This document shows positions 41,101-53,100 of a stretch of DNA of 64,000 bases, one piece after another. A model generated the notes under the pieces. It had not been told where the DNA came from and made no database searches. It saw only the letters and a program-made list of their open reading frames with translations. The stretch covers positions 385,020,001 to 385,084,000 of the forward strand of contig NW_027362768.1 in the NCBI RefSeq assembly GCF_046119375.1, given 5' to 3'. A program made the position numbers and the translations under genes. Each line of letters opens with the position of its first letter. Position 1 is the first letter of the stretch. The DNA comes from Phyllobates terribilis. Taxonomy: Eukaryota.

Positions 41101-44100
41101 TCTCGTGCGCTCCGGTTTCAGTACATGGGGTGTCTCGCCCGTCTCGTGCGCTCCGGGCTCAGTACATGGGGTGTCTCGCCCGTCTCGTGCGCTCCGGGCT
41201 CAGTACATGGGGTGTCTCGCCCGTCTCGTGCGCTCCGGGCTCAGTACATGGGGTGTCTCGTGTGCTCCGGACTCAGTACATGGGGTGTCTCGCCAGTCTC
41301 ATGCGCTCCGGGCTCAGTACATGGAGTTTCTCACCCGTCTCGTGCGCTCCGGGCTCAGTACATGGGGTATCTCGCCCGTCTCGTGCGCTCCGGGCTCAGT
41401 ACATGGGGTGTCTCGTGCGCTCCGGTTTCAGTACATGGGGTGTCTCGCCCGTCTCGTGCGCTCCGGGCTCAGTACATGGGGTGTCTCGCCCGTCTCGTGC
41501 GCTCCGGGCTCAGTACATGGGGTGTCTCGCCCGTCTCGTGCGCTCCGGGCTCATTACATGGGGTGTCTCGCCCGTCTCGTGCGCTCTGGGCTCAGTACAT
41601 GGGGTGTCTCGTCCGTCTCGTGCTCTCCGGGCTCAGTACATGGGGTGTCTCGTCCGTCTCGTGCTCTCCGGGCTCAGTACATGGGGTGTCTCATCCGTCT
41701 CGTGCGCTCCGGGCTCAGTACATGGGGTGTCTCGCCCGTCTCGTGCGCTCCGGGCTCAGTACATGGGGTGTCTCGCCCGTCTCGTGCGCTCCGGGCTCAG
41801 TACATGGGGTGTCTCGCCCGTCTCGTGCGCTCCGGGCTCAGTACATGGGGTGTCTCGCCCGTCTCGTGCGCTCCGGGCTCAGTACATGGGGTGTCTCGCC
41901 CGTCTGGTGCGCTTCGGGCTCAGTACATGGGGTGTCTCGCCCGTCTCGTGCGCTCCGGGCTCATTACATGGGGTGTCTCGCCCGTCTCGTGCGCTCCGGG
42001 CTCATTACATGGGGTGTCTCGCCCGTCTCGTGCGCTCTGGGCTCATTACATGGGGTGTCTCGTCCGTCTCGTGCGCTCTGGGCTCAGTACATGGGGTGTC
42101 TCGTCCGTCTCGTGCTCTCCGGGCTCAGTACATGGGGTGTCTCGTCCGTCTCGTGCTCTCCGGGCTCAGTACATGGGGTGTCTCGCCCGTCTCGTGCGCT
42201 CTGGGCTCAGTACATGGGGTGTCTCGCCCGTCTGGTGCGCTTCGGGCTCAGTACATGGGGTGTCTCGCCCGTCTCGTGCGCTCCGGGCTCAGTACATGGG
42301 GTGTCTCGCCCGTCTGGTGCGCTTCGGGCTCAGTACATGGGGTGTCTCGCCCGTCTCGTGCGCTCCGGGCTCAGTACATGGGGTGTCTCGCCCGTCTCGT
42401 GCGCTCCGGGCTCAGTACATGGGGTGTCTCGCCCGTCTCGTGCGCTCTGGGCTCAGTACATGGGGTGTCTCGCCCGTCTCGTGCGCTCCGGGCTCAGTAC
42501 ATGGGGTGTCTCGCCCGTCTCGTGCGCTCCGGGCTCAGTACATGGGGTGTCTCGCCCGTCTCGTGCGCTCTGGGCTCAGTACATGGGGTGTCTCGCCCGT
42601 CTCGTGCGCTCCCGGCTCAGTACATGGGGTGTCTCGCCCGTCTCGTGCGCTCCCGGCTCAGTACATGGGGTGTCTCGCCCGTCTCGTGAGCTCCGGGCTC
42701 AGTACATTGGGTGTCTCGTCCGTCTCGTTCGCTCCGGGCTTAGTACATGGGGTGTCTCGTCCGTCTCGTGCGCTCCGGGCTCAGTACATGGGGTGTCTCG
42801 CCCGTCTCGTGCGTTCCGGGCTCATTACATGGGGTGTCTCGCCCGTCTCGTGCGTTCCGGGCTCAGTACATGGGGTGTCTCGTCCGTCTCGTGCGCTCCG
42901 GGCTCAGTATATGGGGTGTCTCGTCCGTCTCGTGCGTCCCGGGCTCAGTACATGGGGTGTCTCGCCCGTCTCGTGCGTTCCGGGCTCAGTACATGGGGTG
43001 TCTTGCCCGTCTCGTGCGTTCCGGGCTCAGTACATGGGGTGTCTCGTCCATCTCGTTCGCTCCGGGCTCAGTACATGGGGTGTCTCGTCCGTCTCGTTCT
43101 CTCCGGGCTCAGTACATGGGGTGTCTCGTTCGCTCCGGGCTTAGTACATGGGGTTTCTCACCTGTCTCGTGCGCTCCGGGCTCAGTACATGGGGTGTCTC
43201 ACCCGTCTCGTGCGTTCCGGGCTCAGTACTTGGGGTGTCTCATCCATATCGTTCGCTCCGGGCTCAGTACATGGGGTGTCTCGTCCGTCTCGTGCGTCCC
43301 GGGCTCAGTACATGGGGTGTCTCGCCCGTCTCGTGCGTTCCGGGCTCTGTACATGGGGTCTCGTCCGTCTCGTGCTCTCCGGGCTCAGTACATGGGGTGT
43401 CTCGTCCGTCTCGTTCGCTCCGGGCTCAGTACATGGGGTGTCTCGCCCGTCTCATGCTCTCCGGGCTCAGTACATGGGGTGTCTCGCCCGTCTGGTGCGC
43501 TCCGGGCTCAGTACATGGGGTGTCTCGTCCGTCTCGTGCGTTCCGGGCTCAGTACATGGGGTGTCTCGCCCGTCTCGTGCGCTCCGGGCTCAGTACATGG
43601 GGTGTCTCGCCCGTCTCGTGCGCTCCGGGCTCAGTACATGGGGTGTCTCGCCCGTCTCGTGCGCTCCGGGCTCAGTACATGGGGTGTCTCGCCCGTCTCG
43701 TGCGCTCCGGGCTCAGTACATGGGGTGTCTCGCCCGTCTCGTGCGCTCCTGGCTCAGTACATGGGGTGTCTCGCCCGTCTCGTGTGCTCCGGGCTCAGTA
43801 CATGGGGTGTATCGTCCATCTCGTGCGTTCCGGGCTCAGTACATGGGGTGTATCGTCCGTCTCGTGCGTTCCGGGCTCAGTACATGGGGTGTCTCGCCCG
43901 TCTCGTGCGCTCCGGGCTCAGTACATGGGGTGTCTCGCCCGTCAAGTGCGCTCCGGGCTCAGTACATGGGGTGTCTCGCCCGTCAAGTGCGCTCCGGGCT
44001 CAGTACATGGGGTGTCTCGCCCGTCTCGTGCGCTCCGGGCTCAGTAAATGGGGTGTCTCGCCCGTCTCGTGCGCTCCAGGCTCAGTACATGGGGTGTCTC

Positions 44101-47100
44101 GCCCGTCTCGTGCGCTCCGGGCTCAGTACATGGGGTGTCTCGCCCGTCTCGTGCGCTCCTGGCTCAGTACATGGGGTGTCTCGCCCGTCTCGTGCGCTCC
44201 GGGCTCAGTACATGGGGTGTCTCGCCCATCTCGTGCGCTCCTGGCTCAGTACATGGGGTGTCTCATCCGTCTCGTGCGCTCCAGGCTCAGTACATGGGGT
44301 GTCTCATCCGTCTCGTGCGCTCCGGGCTCATTACATGGGGTGTCTCGCCCGTCTCGTGCGCTCTGGGCTCAGTACATGGGGTGTCTCGTCCATCTCGTGC
44401 TCTCCGGGCTCAGTACATGGGGTGTCTCGCCCGTCTCGTGCGCTCCAGGCTCAGTACATGGGGTGTCTCATCCGTCTCGTGCGCTCTGGGCTCATTACAT
44501 GGGGTGTCTCGCCCGTCTCGTGCGCTCTGGGCTCATTACATGGGGTGTCTCGCCCGTCTCGTGCGCTCTGGGCTCAGTACATGGGGTGTCTCGCCCGTCT
44601 CGTGCGCTCCCGGCTCAGTACATGGGGTGTCTCGCCCGTCTCGTGAGCTCCGGGCTCAGTACATTGGGTGTCTCGTCCGTCTCATGCGCTCCGGGCTCAG
44701 TACATGGGGTGTCTCGTACGCTCCGGGCTCAGTACATAGGGTGTCTCGCCCGTCTCGTGCGTTCCGGGCTCAGTACATGGGGTGTCTCGTCCGTCTCGTG
44801 CTCTCCGGGCTCAGTACATGGGGTGTCTCGTCCGTCTCGTGCTCTCCGGGCTCAGTACATGGGGTGTCTCATCCGTCTCGTGCGCTCCGGGCTCAGTACA
44901 TGGGGTGTCTCGCCCGTCTCGTGCGCTCCGGGCTCAGTACATGGGGTGTCTCGCCCGTCTCGTGCGCTCCGGGCTCAGTACATGGGGTGTCTCGCCCGTC
45001 TCGTGCGCTCCGGGCTCAGTACATGGGGTGTCTCGCCCGTCTCGTGCGCTCCGGGCTCAGAACATGGGGTGTCTCGCCCGTCTGGTGCGCTTCGGGCTCA
45101 GTACATGGGGTGTCTCGCCCATCTCGTGCGCTCCGGGCTCATTACATGGGGTGTCTCGCCCGTCTCGTGCGCTCTGGGCTCATTACATGGGGTGTCTCGC
45201 CCGTCTCGTGCGCTCTGGGCTCATTACATGGGGTGTCTCGTCCGTCTCGTGCGCTCTGGGCTCAGTACATGGGGTGTCTCGTCCGTCTCGTGCTCTCCGG
45301 GCTCAGTACATGGGGTGTCTCGTCCGTCTCGTGCTCTCCGGGCTCAGTACATGGGGTGTCTCGCCCGTCTCGTGCGCTCTGGGCTCAGTACATGGGGTGT
45401 CTCGCCCGTCTGGTGCGCTTCGGGCTCAGTACATGGGGTGTCTCGCCCGTCTCGTGCGCTCCGGGCTCAGTACATGGGGTGTCTCGCCCGTCTGGTGCGC
45501 TTCGGGCTCAGTACATGGGGTGTCTCGCCCGTCTCGTGCGCTCCGGGCTCAGTACATGGGGTGTCTCGCCCGTGTCGTGCGCTCCGGGCTCAGTACATGG
45601 GGTGTCTCGCCCGTCTCGTGCGCTCTGGGCTCAGTACATGGGGTGTCTCGCCCGTCTCGTGCGCTCCGGGCTCAGTACATGGGGTGTCTCGCCCGTCTCG
45701 TGCGCTCCGGGCTCAGTACATGGGGTGTCTCGCCCGTCTCGTGCGCTCTGGGCTCAGTACATGGGGTGTCTCGCCCGTCTCGTGCGCTCCCGGCTCAGTA
45801 CATGGGGTGTCTCGCCCGTCTCGTGCGCTCCCGGCTCAGTACATGGGGTGTCTCGCCCGTCTCGTGAGCTCCGGGCTCAGTACATTGGGTGTCTCGTCCG
45901 TCTCATGCGCTCCGGGCTCAGTACATGGGGTGTCTCGTACGCTCCGGGCTCAGTACATAGGGTGTCTCGCCCGTCTCGTGCGTTCCGGGCTCAGTACATG
46001 GGGTGTCTCGTTCGCTCCGGGCTCAGTACATGGGGTGTCTCGTCCGTCTCGTTCGCTCCGGGCTTAGTACATGGGGTTTCTCACCCGTCTCGTGCGCTCC
46101 GGGCTCAGTACATGGGGTGTCTCGCCCGTCTCGTGCGTTCCGGGCTCAGTACATGGGGTGTCTCACCCGTCTCGTGCGTTCCGGGCTCAGTACATGGGGT
46201 GTCTCGTCCGTCTTGTGCGCTCCGGGCTCAGTATATGGGGTGTCTCGTCCGTCTCGTGCGTCCCGGGCTCAGTACATGGGGTGTCTCGCCCGTCTCGTGC
46301 GTTCCGGGCTCAGTACATGGGGTGTCTCGCCCGTCTCGTGCGTTCCGGGCTCAGTACATGGGGTGTCTCGTCCATCTCGTTCGCTCCGGGCTCAGTACAT
46401 GGGGTGTCTCGTCCGTCTCGTTCTCTCCGGGCTCAGTACATGGGGTGTCTCGTTCGCTCCGGGCTTAGTACATGGGGTTTCTCACCTGTCTCGTGCGCTC
46501 CGGGCTCAGTACATGGGGTATCTCACCCGTCTCGTGCGTTCCGGGCTCAGTACTTGGGGTGTCTCATCCATATCGTTCGCTCCGGGCTCAGTACATGGGG
46601 TGTCTCGTCCGTCTCGTGCGTCCCGGGCTCAGTACATGGGGTGTCTCGCCCGTCTCGTGCGTTCCGGGCTCTGTACATGGGGTCTCGTCCGTCTCGTGCT
46701 CTCCGGGCTCAGTACATGGGGTGTCTCGTCCGTCTCGTTCGCTCCGGGCTCAGTACATGGGGTGTCTCGCCCGTCTCATGCTCTCCGGGCTCAGTACATG
46801 GGGTGTCTCGCCCGTCTGGTGCGCTCCGGGCTCAGTACATTGGGTGTCTCGTCCGTCTCGTGCGTTCCGGGCTCAGTACATGGGGTGTCTCGCCCGTCTC
46901 GTGCGCTCCGGGCTCAGTACATGGGGTGTCTCGCCCGTCTCGTGCGCTCCGGGCTCAGTACATGGGGTGTCTCGCCCGTCTCGTGCGCTCCGGGCTCAGT
47001 ACATGGGGTGTCTGGCCCGTCTCGTGCGCTCCGGGCTCAGTACATGGGGTGTCTCGCCCGTCTCGTGCGCTCCTGGCTCAGTACATGGGGTGTCTCGCCC

Positions 47101-50100
47101 GTCTCGTGCGCTCCGGGCTCAGTACATGGGGTGTATCGTCCATCTCGTGCGTTCCGGGCTCAGTACATGGGGTGTATCGTCCGTCTCGTGCGTTCCGGGC
47201 TCAGTACATGGGGTGTCTCGCCCGTCTCGTGCGCTCCGGGCTCAGTACATGGGGTGTCTCGCCCGTCAAGTGCGCTCCGGGCTCAGTACATGGGGTGTCT
47301 CGCCCGTCAAGTGCGCTCCGGGCTCAGTACATGGGGTGTCTCGCCCGTCTCGTGCGCTCCGGGCTCAGTAAATGGGGTGTCTCGCCCGTCTCGTGCGCTC
47401 CAGGCTCAGTAAATGGGGTGTCTCGCCCGTCTCGTGCGCTCCAGGCTCAGTACATGGGGTGTCTCGCCCGTCTCGTGCGCTCCGGGCTCAGTACATGGGG
47501 TGTCTCGCCCGTCTCGTGCGCTCCTGGCTCAGTACATGGGGTGTCTCGCCCGTCTCGTGCGCTCCGGGCTCAGTACATGGGGTGTCTCGCCCATCTCGTG
47601 CGCTCCTGGCTCAGTACATGGGGTGTCTCATCCGTCTCGTGCGCTCCAGGCTCAGTACATGGGGTGTCTCATCCGTCTCGTGCGCTCCGGGCTCATTACA
47701 TGGGGTGTCTCGCCCGTCTCGTGCGCTCTGGGCTCAGTACATGGGGTGTCTCGTCCATCTCGTGCTCTCCGGGCTCAGTACATGGGGTGTCTCGCCCGTC
47801 TCGTGCGCTCCAGGCTCAGTACATGGGGTGTCTCATCCGTCTCGTGCGCTCTGGGCTCATTACATGGGGTGTCTCGCCCGTCTCGTGCGCTCTGGGCTCA
47901 TTACATGGGGTGTCTCGCCCGTCTCGTGCGCTCTGGGCTCAGTACATGGGGTGTCTCGCCCGTCTCGTGCGCTCCCGGCTCAGTACATGGGGTGTCTCGC
48001 CCGTCTCGTGAGCTCCGGGCTCAGTACATTGGGTGTCTCGTCCGTCTCATGCGCTCCGGGCTCAGTACATGGGGTGTCTCGTACGCTCCGGGCTCAGTAC
48101 ATAGGGTGTCTCGCCCGTCTCGTGCGTTCCGGGCTCAGTACATGGGGTGTCTCGTTCGCTCCGGGCTCAGTACATGGGGTGTCTCGTCCGTCTCGTTCGC
48201 TCCGGGCTTAGTACATGGGGTTTCTCACCCGTCTCGTGCGCTCCGGGCTCAGTACATGGGGTGTCTCGCCCGTCTCGTGCGTTCCGGGCTCAGTACATGG
48301 GGTGTCTCACCCGTCTCGTGCGTTCCGGGCTCAGTACATGGGGTGTCTTGTCCGTCTCGTGCGCTCCGGGCTCAGTATATGGGGTGTCTCGTCCGTCTCG
48401 TGCGTCCCGGGCTCAGTACATGGGGTGTCTCGCCCGTCTCGTGCGTTCCGGGCTCAGTACATGGGGTGTCTCGCCCGTCTCGTGCGTTCCGGGCTCAGTA
48501 CATGGGGTGTCTCGTCCATCTCGTTCGCTCCGGGCTCAGTACATGGGGTGTCTCGTCCGTCTCGTTCTCTCCGGGCTCAGTACATGGGGTGTCTCGTTCG
48601 CTCCGGGCTTAGTACATGGGGTTTCTCACCTGTCTCGTGCGCTCCGGGCTCAGTACATGGGGTGTCTCACCCGTCTCGTGCGTTCCGGGCTCAGTACTTG
48701 GGGTGTCTCATCCATATCGTTCGCTCCGGGCTCAGTACATGGGGTGTCTCGTCCGTCTCGTGCGTCCCGGGCTCAGTACATGGGGTGTCTCGCCCGTCTC
48801 GTGCGTTCCGGGCTCTGTACATGGGGTCTCGTCCGTCTCGTGCTCTCCGGTCTCAGTACATGGGGTGTCTCGTCCGTCTCGTTCGCTCCGGGCTCAGTAC
48901 ATGGGGTGTCTCGCCCGTCTCATGCTCTCCGGGCTCAGTACATGGGGTGTCTCGCCCGTCTGGTGCGCTCCGGGCTCAGTACATGGGGTGTCTCGTCCGT
49001 CTCGTGCGTTCCGGGCTCAGTACATGGGGTGTCTCGTGCGCTCCGGGCTCAGTACATGGGGTGTCTCGCCCGTCTCGTGCGCTCCGGGCTCAGTACATGG
49101 GGTGTCTCGCCCGTCTCGTGCGCTCCGGGCTCAGTACATGGGGTGTCTCGCCCGTCTCGTGCGCTCCGGGCTCAGTACATGGGGTGTCTCGCCCGTCTCG
49201 TGCGCTCCTGGCTCAGTACATGGGGTGTCTCGCCCGTCTCGTGCGCTCCTGGCTCAGTACATGGGGTGTCTCGTCCGTCTCGTGCGCTCCGGGCTCAGTA
49301 CATGGGGTGTATCGTCCGTCTCGTGCGTTCCGGGCTCAGCACATGGGGTGTCTCGCCCGTCTCTTGCGCTCCGGGCTCAGTACATGGGGTGTCTCGCCCG
49401 TCTCGTGAGCTCCGGGCTCAGTACATGGGGTGTCTCGTACGCTCCGGGCTCAGTACATAGGGTGTCTCGCCCGTCTCGTGCGCTCCGGGCTCAGTACATG
49501 GGGTGTCTCGCCCGTCTCGTGCGCTCCGGGCTCAGTACATGGGGTGTCTCACCCGTCTCGTGCGTTCCGGGCTCAGTACATGGGGTGTCTCACCCGTCTC
49601 GTGCGTTCCGGGCTCAGTACATGGGGTGTCTCGTCCGTCTCGTGCGCTCCGGGCTCAGTATATGGGGTGTCTCGTCCGTCTCGTGCGTCCCGGGCTCAGT
49701 ACATGGGGTGTCTCGCCCGTCTCGTGCGTTCCGGGCTCAGTACATGGGGTGTCTCGCCCGTCTCGTGCGTTCCGGGCTCAGTACATGGGGTGTCTCGTCC
49801 ATCTCGTTCGCTCCGGGCTCAGTACATGGGGTGTCTCGTCCGTCTCGTTCTCTCCGGGCTCAGTACATGGGGTGTCTCGTTCGCTCCGGGCTTAGTACAT
49901 GGGGTTTCTCACCTGTCTCGTGCGCTCCGGGCTCAGTACATGGGGTGTCTCACCCGTCTCGTGCGTTCCGGGCTCAGTACTTGGGGTGTCTCATCCATAT
50001 CGTTCGCTCCGGGCTCAGTACATGGGGTGTCTCGTCCGTCTCGTGCGTCCCGGGCTCAGTACATGGGGTGTCTCGCCCGTCTCGTGCGTTCCGGGCTCTG

Positions 50101-53100
50101 TACATGGGGTCTCGTCCGTCTCGTGCTCTCCGGGCTCAGTACATGGGGTGTCTCGTCCGTCTCGTTCGCTCCGGGCTCAGTACATGGGGTGTCTCGCCCG
50201 TCTCATGCTCTCCGGGCTCAGTACATGGGGTGTCTCGCCCGTCTGGTGCGCTCCGGGCTCAGTACATGGGGTGTCTCGTCCGTCTCGTGCGTTCCGGGCT
50301 CAGTACATGGGGTGTCTCGTGCGCTCCGGGCTCAGTACATGGGGTGTCTCGCCCGTCTCGTGCGCTCCGGGCTCAGTACATGGGGTGTCTCGCCCGTCTC
50401 TTGCGCTCCGGGCTCAGTACATGGGGTGTCTCGCCCGTCTCGTGCGCTCCGGGCTCAGTACATGGGGTGTCTCGCCCGTCTCGTGCGCTCCTGGCTCAGT
50501 ACATGGGGTGTCTCGCCCGTCTCGTGCGCTCCTGGCTCAGTACATGGGGTGTCTCGTCCGTCCCGGGCTCAGTACATGGGGTGTATCGTCCGTCTCGTGC
50601 GTTCCGGGCTCAGTACATGGGGTGTCTCGCCCGTCTCGTGCGCTCCGGGCTCAGTACATGGGGTGTCTCGCCCGTCTCGTGCGCTCCGGGCTCAGTACAT
50701 GGGGTGTCTCGCCCGTCTCGTGCGCTCCGGGCTCAGTACATGGGGTGTCTCGCCCGTCTCGTGCGCTCCGGGCTCAGTACATGGGGTGTCTCGCCCGTCT
50801 CGTGCGCTCCGGGCTCAGTACATGGGGTGTCTCGCCCGTCTCATGCGCTCCGGGCTCAGCACATGGGGTGTCTCGCCCGTCTCGTGCGCTCCGGGCTCAG
50901 TACATGGGGTGTCTCGCCCGTCTCGTGCGCTCCGGGCTCAGTACATGGGGTGTCTCGCCCGTCTCGTGCGCTCCGGGCTCAGTACATGGGGTGTCTCGCC
51001 CGTCTCGTGAGCTCCTGGCTCAGTACATGGGGTGTCTCGTCCGTCTCATGCGCTCCGGGCTCAGTACATGGGGTGTCTCGTACGCTCCGGGCTCAGTACA
51101 TAGGGTGTCTCGCCCGTCTCGTGCGCTCCGGGCTCAGTACATGGGGTGTCTCGCCCGTCTCGTGCGCTCCGGGCTCAGTACATGGGGTGTCTCGCCCGTC
51201 TCGTGCGCTCCGGGCTCAGTACATGGGGTGTCTCGCCCGTCTCGTGCGCTCTGGGCTCAGTACATGGGGTGTCTCATCCGTCTCGTGCGCTTTGGGCTCA
51301 GTACATGGGGTGTCTCGCCCGTCTCGTGCGCTCCGGGCTCAGTACATGGGGTGTCTCGCCCGTCTCGTGCGCTTTGGGCTCAGTACATGGGGTGTCTCGC
51401 CCGTCTCGTGCGCTCCGGGCTCAGTACATGGGGTGTCTCATCCATCTCGTGCGCTTTGGGCTCAGTACATGGGGTGTCTCGCCCGTCTCGTGCGCTCCGG
51501 GCTCAGTACATGGGGTGTCTCGCCCGTCTCGTGCGCTCTGGGCACCGCTCTACGCTGCCTCCGTCTCCACTTGATGCTGTTGTCTTTACTCTTCTGTAGT
51601 AAGCAGCTTTGTGGCCCCGTCTGATTTCCGGCCCCTCCTGGACAAGCAGATCTGCGGCCCCACAACAGAGGTGCTGACGAAATCCGACTTCTCCAAGAGA
51701 GGCTATGAGCCAAAAGTGCAGCTGCCCTTCACCGTGCCCCCCGGGCAGTGCCCCCGGAAGATCGAGCTGGAGAGGTGATGGCTCTGCACTTAGTGAGCTG
51801 CTCCCTGCCTCACACAGCTGAGGGTTTGTTACAATTGTATCCAGCCCAGATAATACTCTCACTTGAGCTGATACTTTGTTACAGTGTATCAGTGCAGGTA
51901 AGGTGTCACTCTGGAGTCCAGGCTGTTTTAGTATTGTCTTCACTGGATGCAATTGTAACATACCCTCAGCTGTAGAAGCTTAGCATTGCTCACAGAGGTT
52001 TGTCCACAAAGTATTATAACCCCCACTAATCTCCGCCCCCAGGAGACGACGGGAGTACCTGAACCTGAACATATCTCAGATCCTCACAAATGAAGGCGTA
52101 GACTCCAATCTGCTGGTGCCCCGGAGCGCTCCCCCGCACAGCCGGATTCACAGCGGGCAGCTGCTCCCGACATATCTACCCCTGGAGGTAACTCACAAGA
52201 CCACAACCATGGCCGCCCAGCAGGTGCCCAGGGCAGTGCCCCCTACAGGAGAAGTAATATGCCCTGAGGCACAATTCAAGCACGGCAGAAGATCGACAGG
52301 AGGCGAAATGTGCTGCGGAGACTGAGAATTATAGGTGTAATATTCTGTCTGCAGGTGTTTGATAATGAAGAGTTTGATATTCGGACCCCGGCAGATTGGC
52401 TGAGTCTGGGGTATGACGAGGGGTCAGATGTGCAAAAACCGGTGCCAGGACAAGCGCTTCTCCCTGTGGATGATGTCCTGGGCCACGGTAATTACTAATC
52501 CTGAGTTACATCCTCAGCTGCACTCACTATTCTGCAGGTGCAGTCACTGTGTACATACATTACATTACTGATCCTGAGTTAGCTCCTGTATTATACTCCA
52601 GAGCTGCACTCACTATTCTGCTGGTGCAGTCACTGTGTACATACATTACATTACTGATCCTGAGTTACATCCTGTATTATACTCCAGAGCTGCACTCACT
52701 ATTCTGCTGGTGCAGTCACTGTGTACATACATTACATTACTGATCCTGAGTTAGCTCCTGTATTATACTCCAGAGCTGCACTCACTATTCTGCTGGTGCA
52801 GTCACTGTGTACATACATTACATTACTGATCCTGAGTTAGCTCCTGTATTATACTCCAGAGCTGCACTCACTATTCTGCTGGTGCAGTCACTGTGTACAT
52901 ACATTACATTACTGATCCTGAGTTACATCCTGTATTATACTCCAGAGCTGCACTCACTATTCTGCTGGTGCGGTCACTGTGTACATACATTACATTACTG
53001 ATCCTGAGTTACATCCTGTATTATACTCCAGAGCTGCGCTCACTATTCTGCTGGTGCAGTCACTGTGTACATACATTACATTACTGATCCTGAGTTACAT

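Noticed and set aside
39214-51624. ORFs of 1000-1400 aa on the + strand
   Set aside because: Cyclic translation of the 41-bp unit inside a DNAH1 intron whose flanking exons join in frame without it
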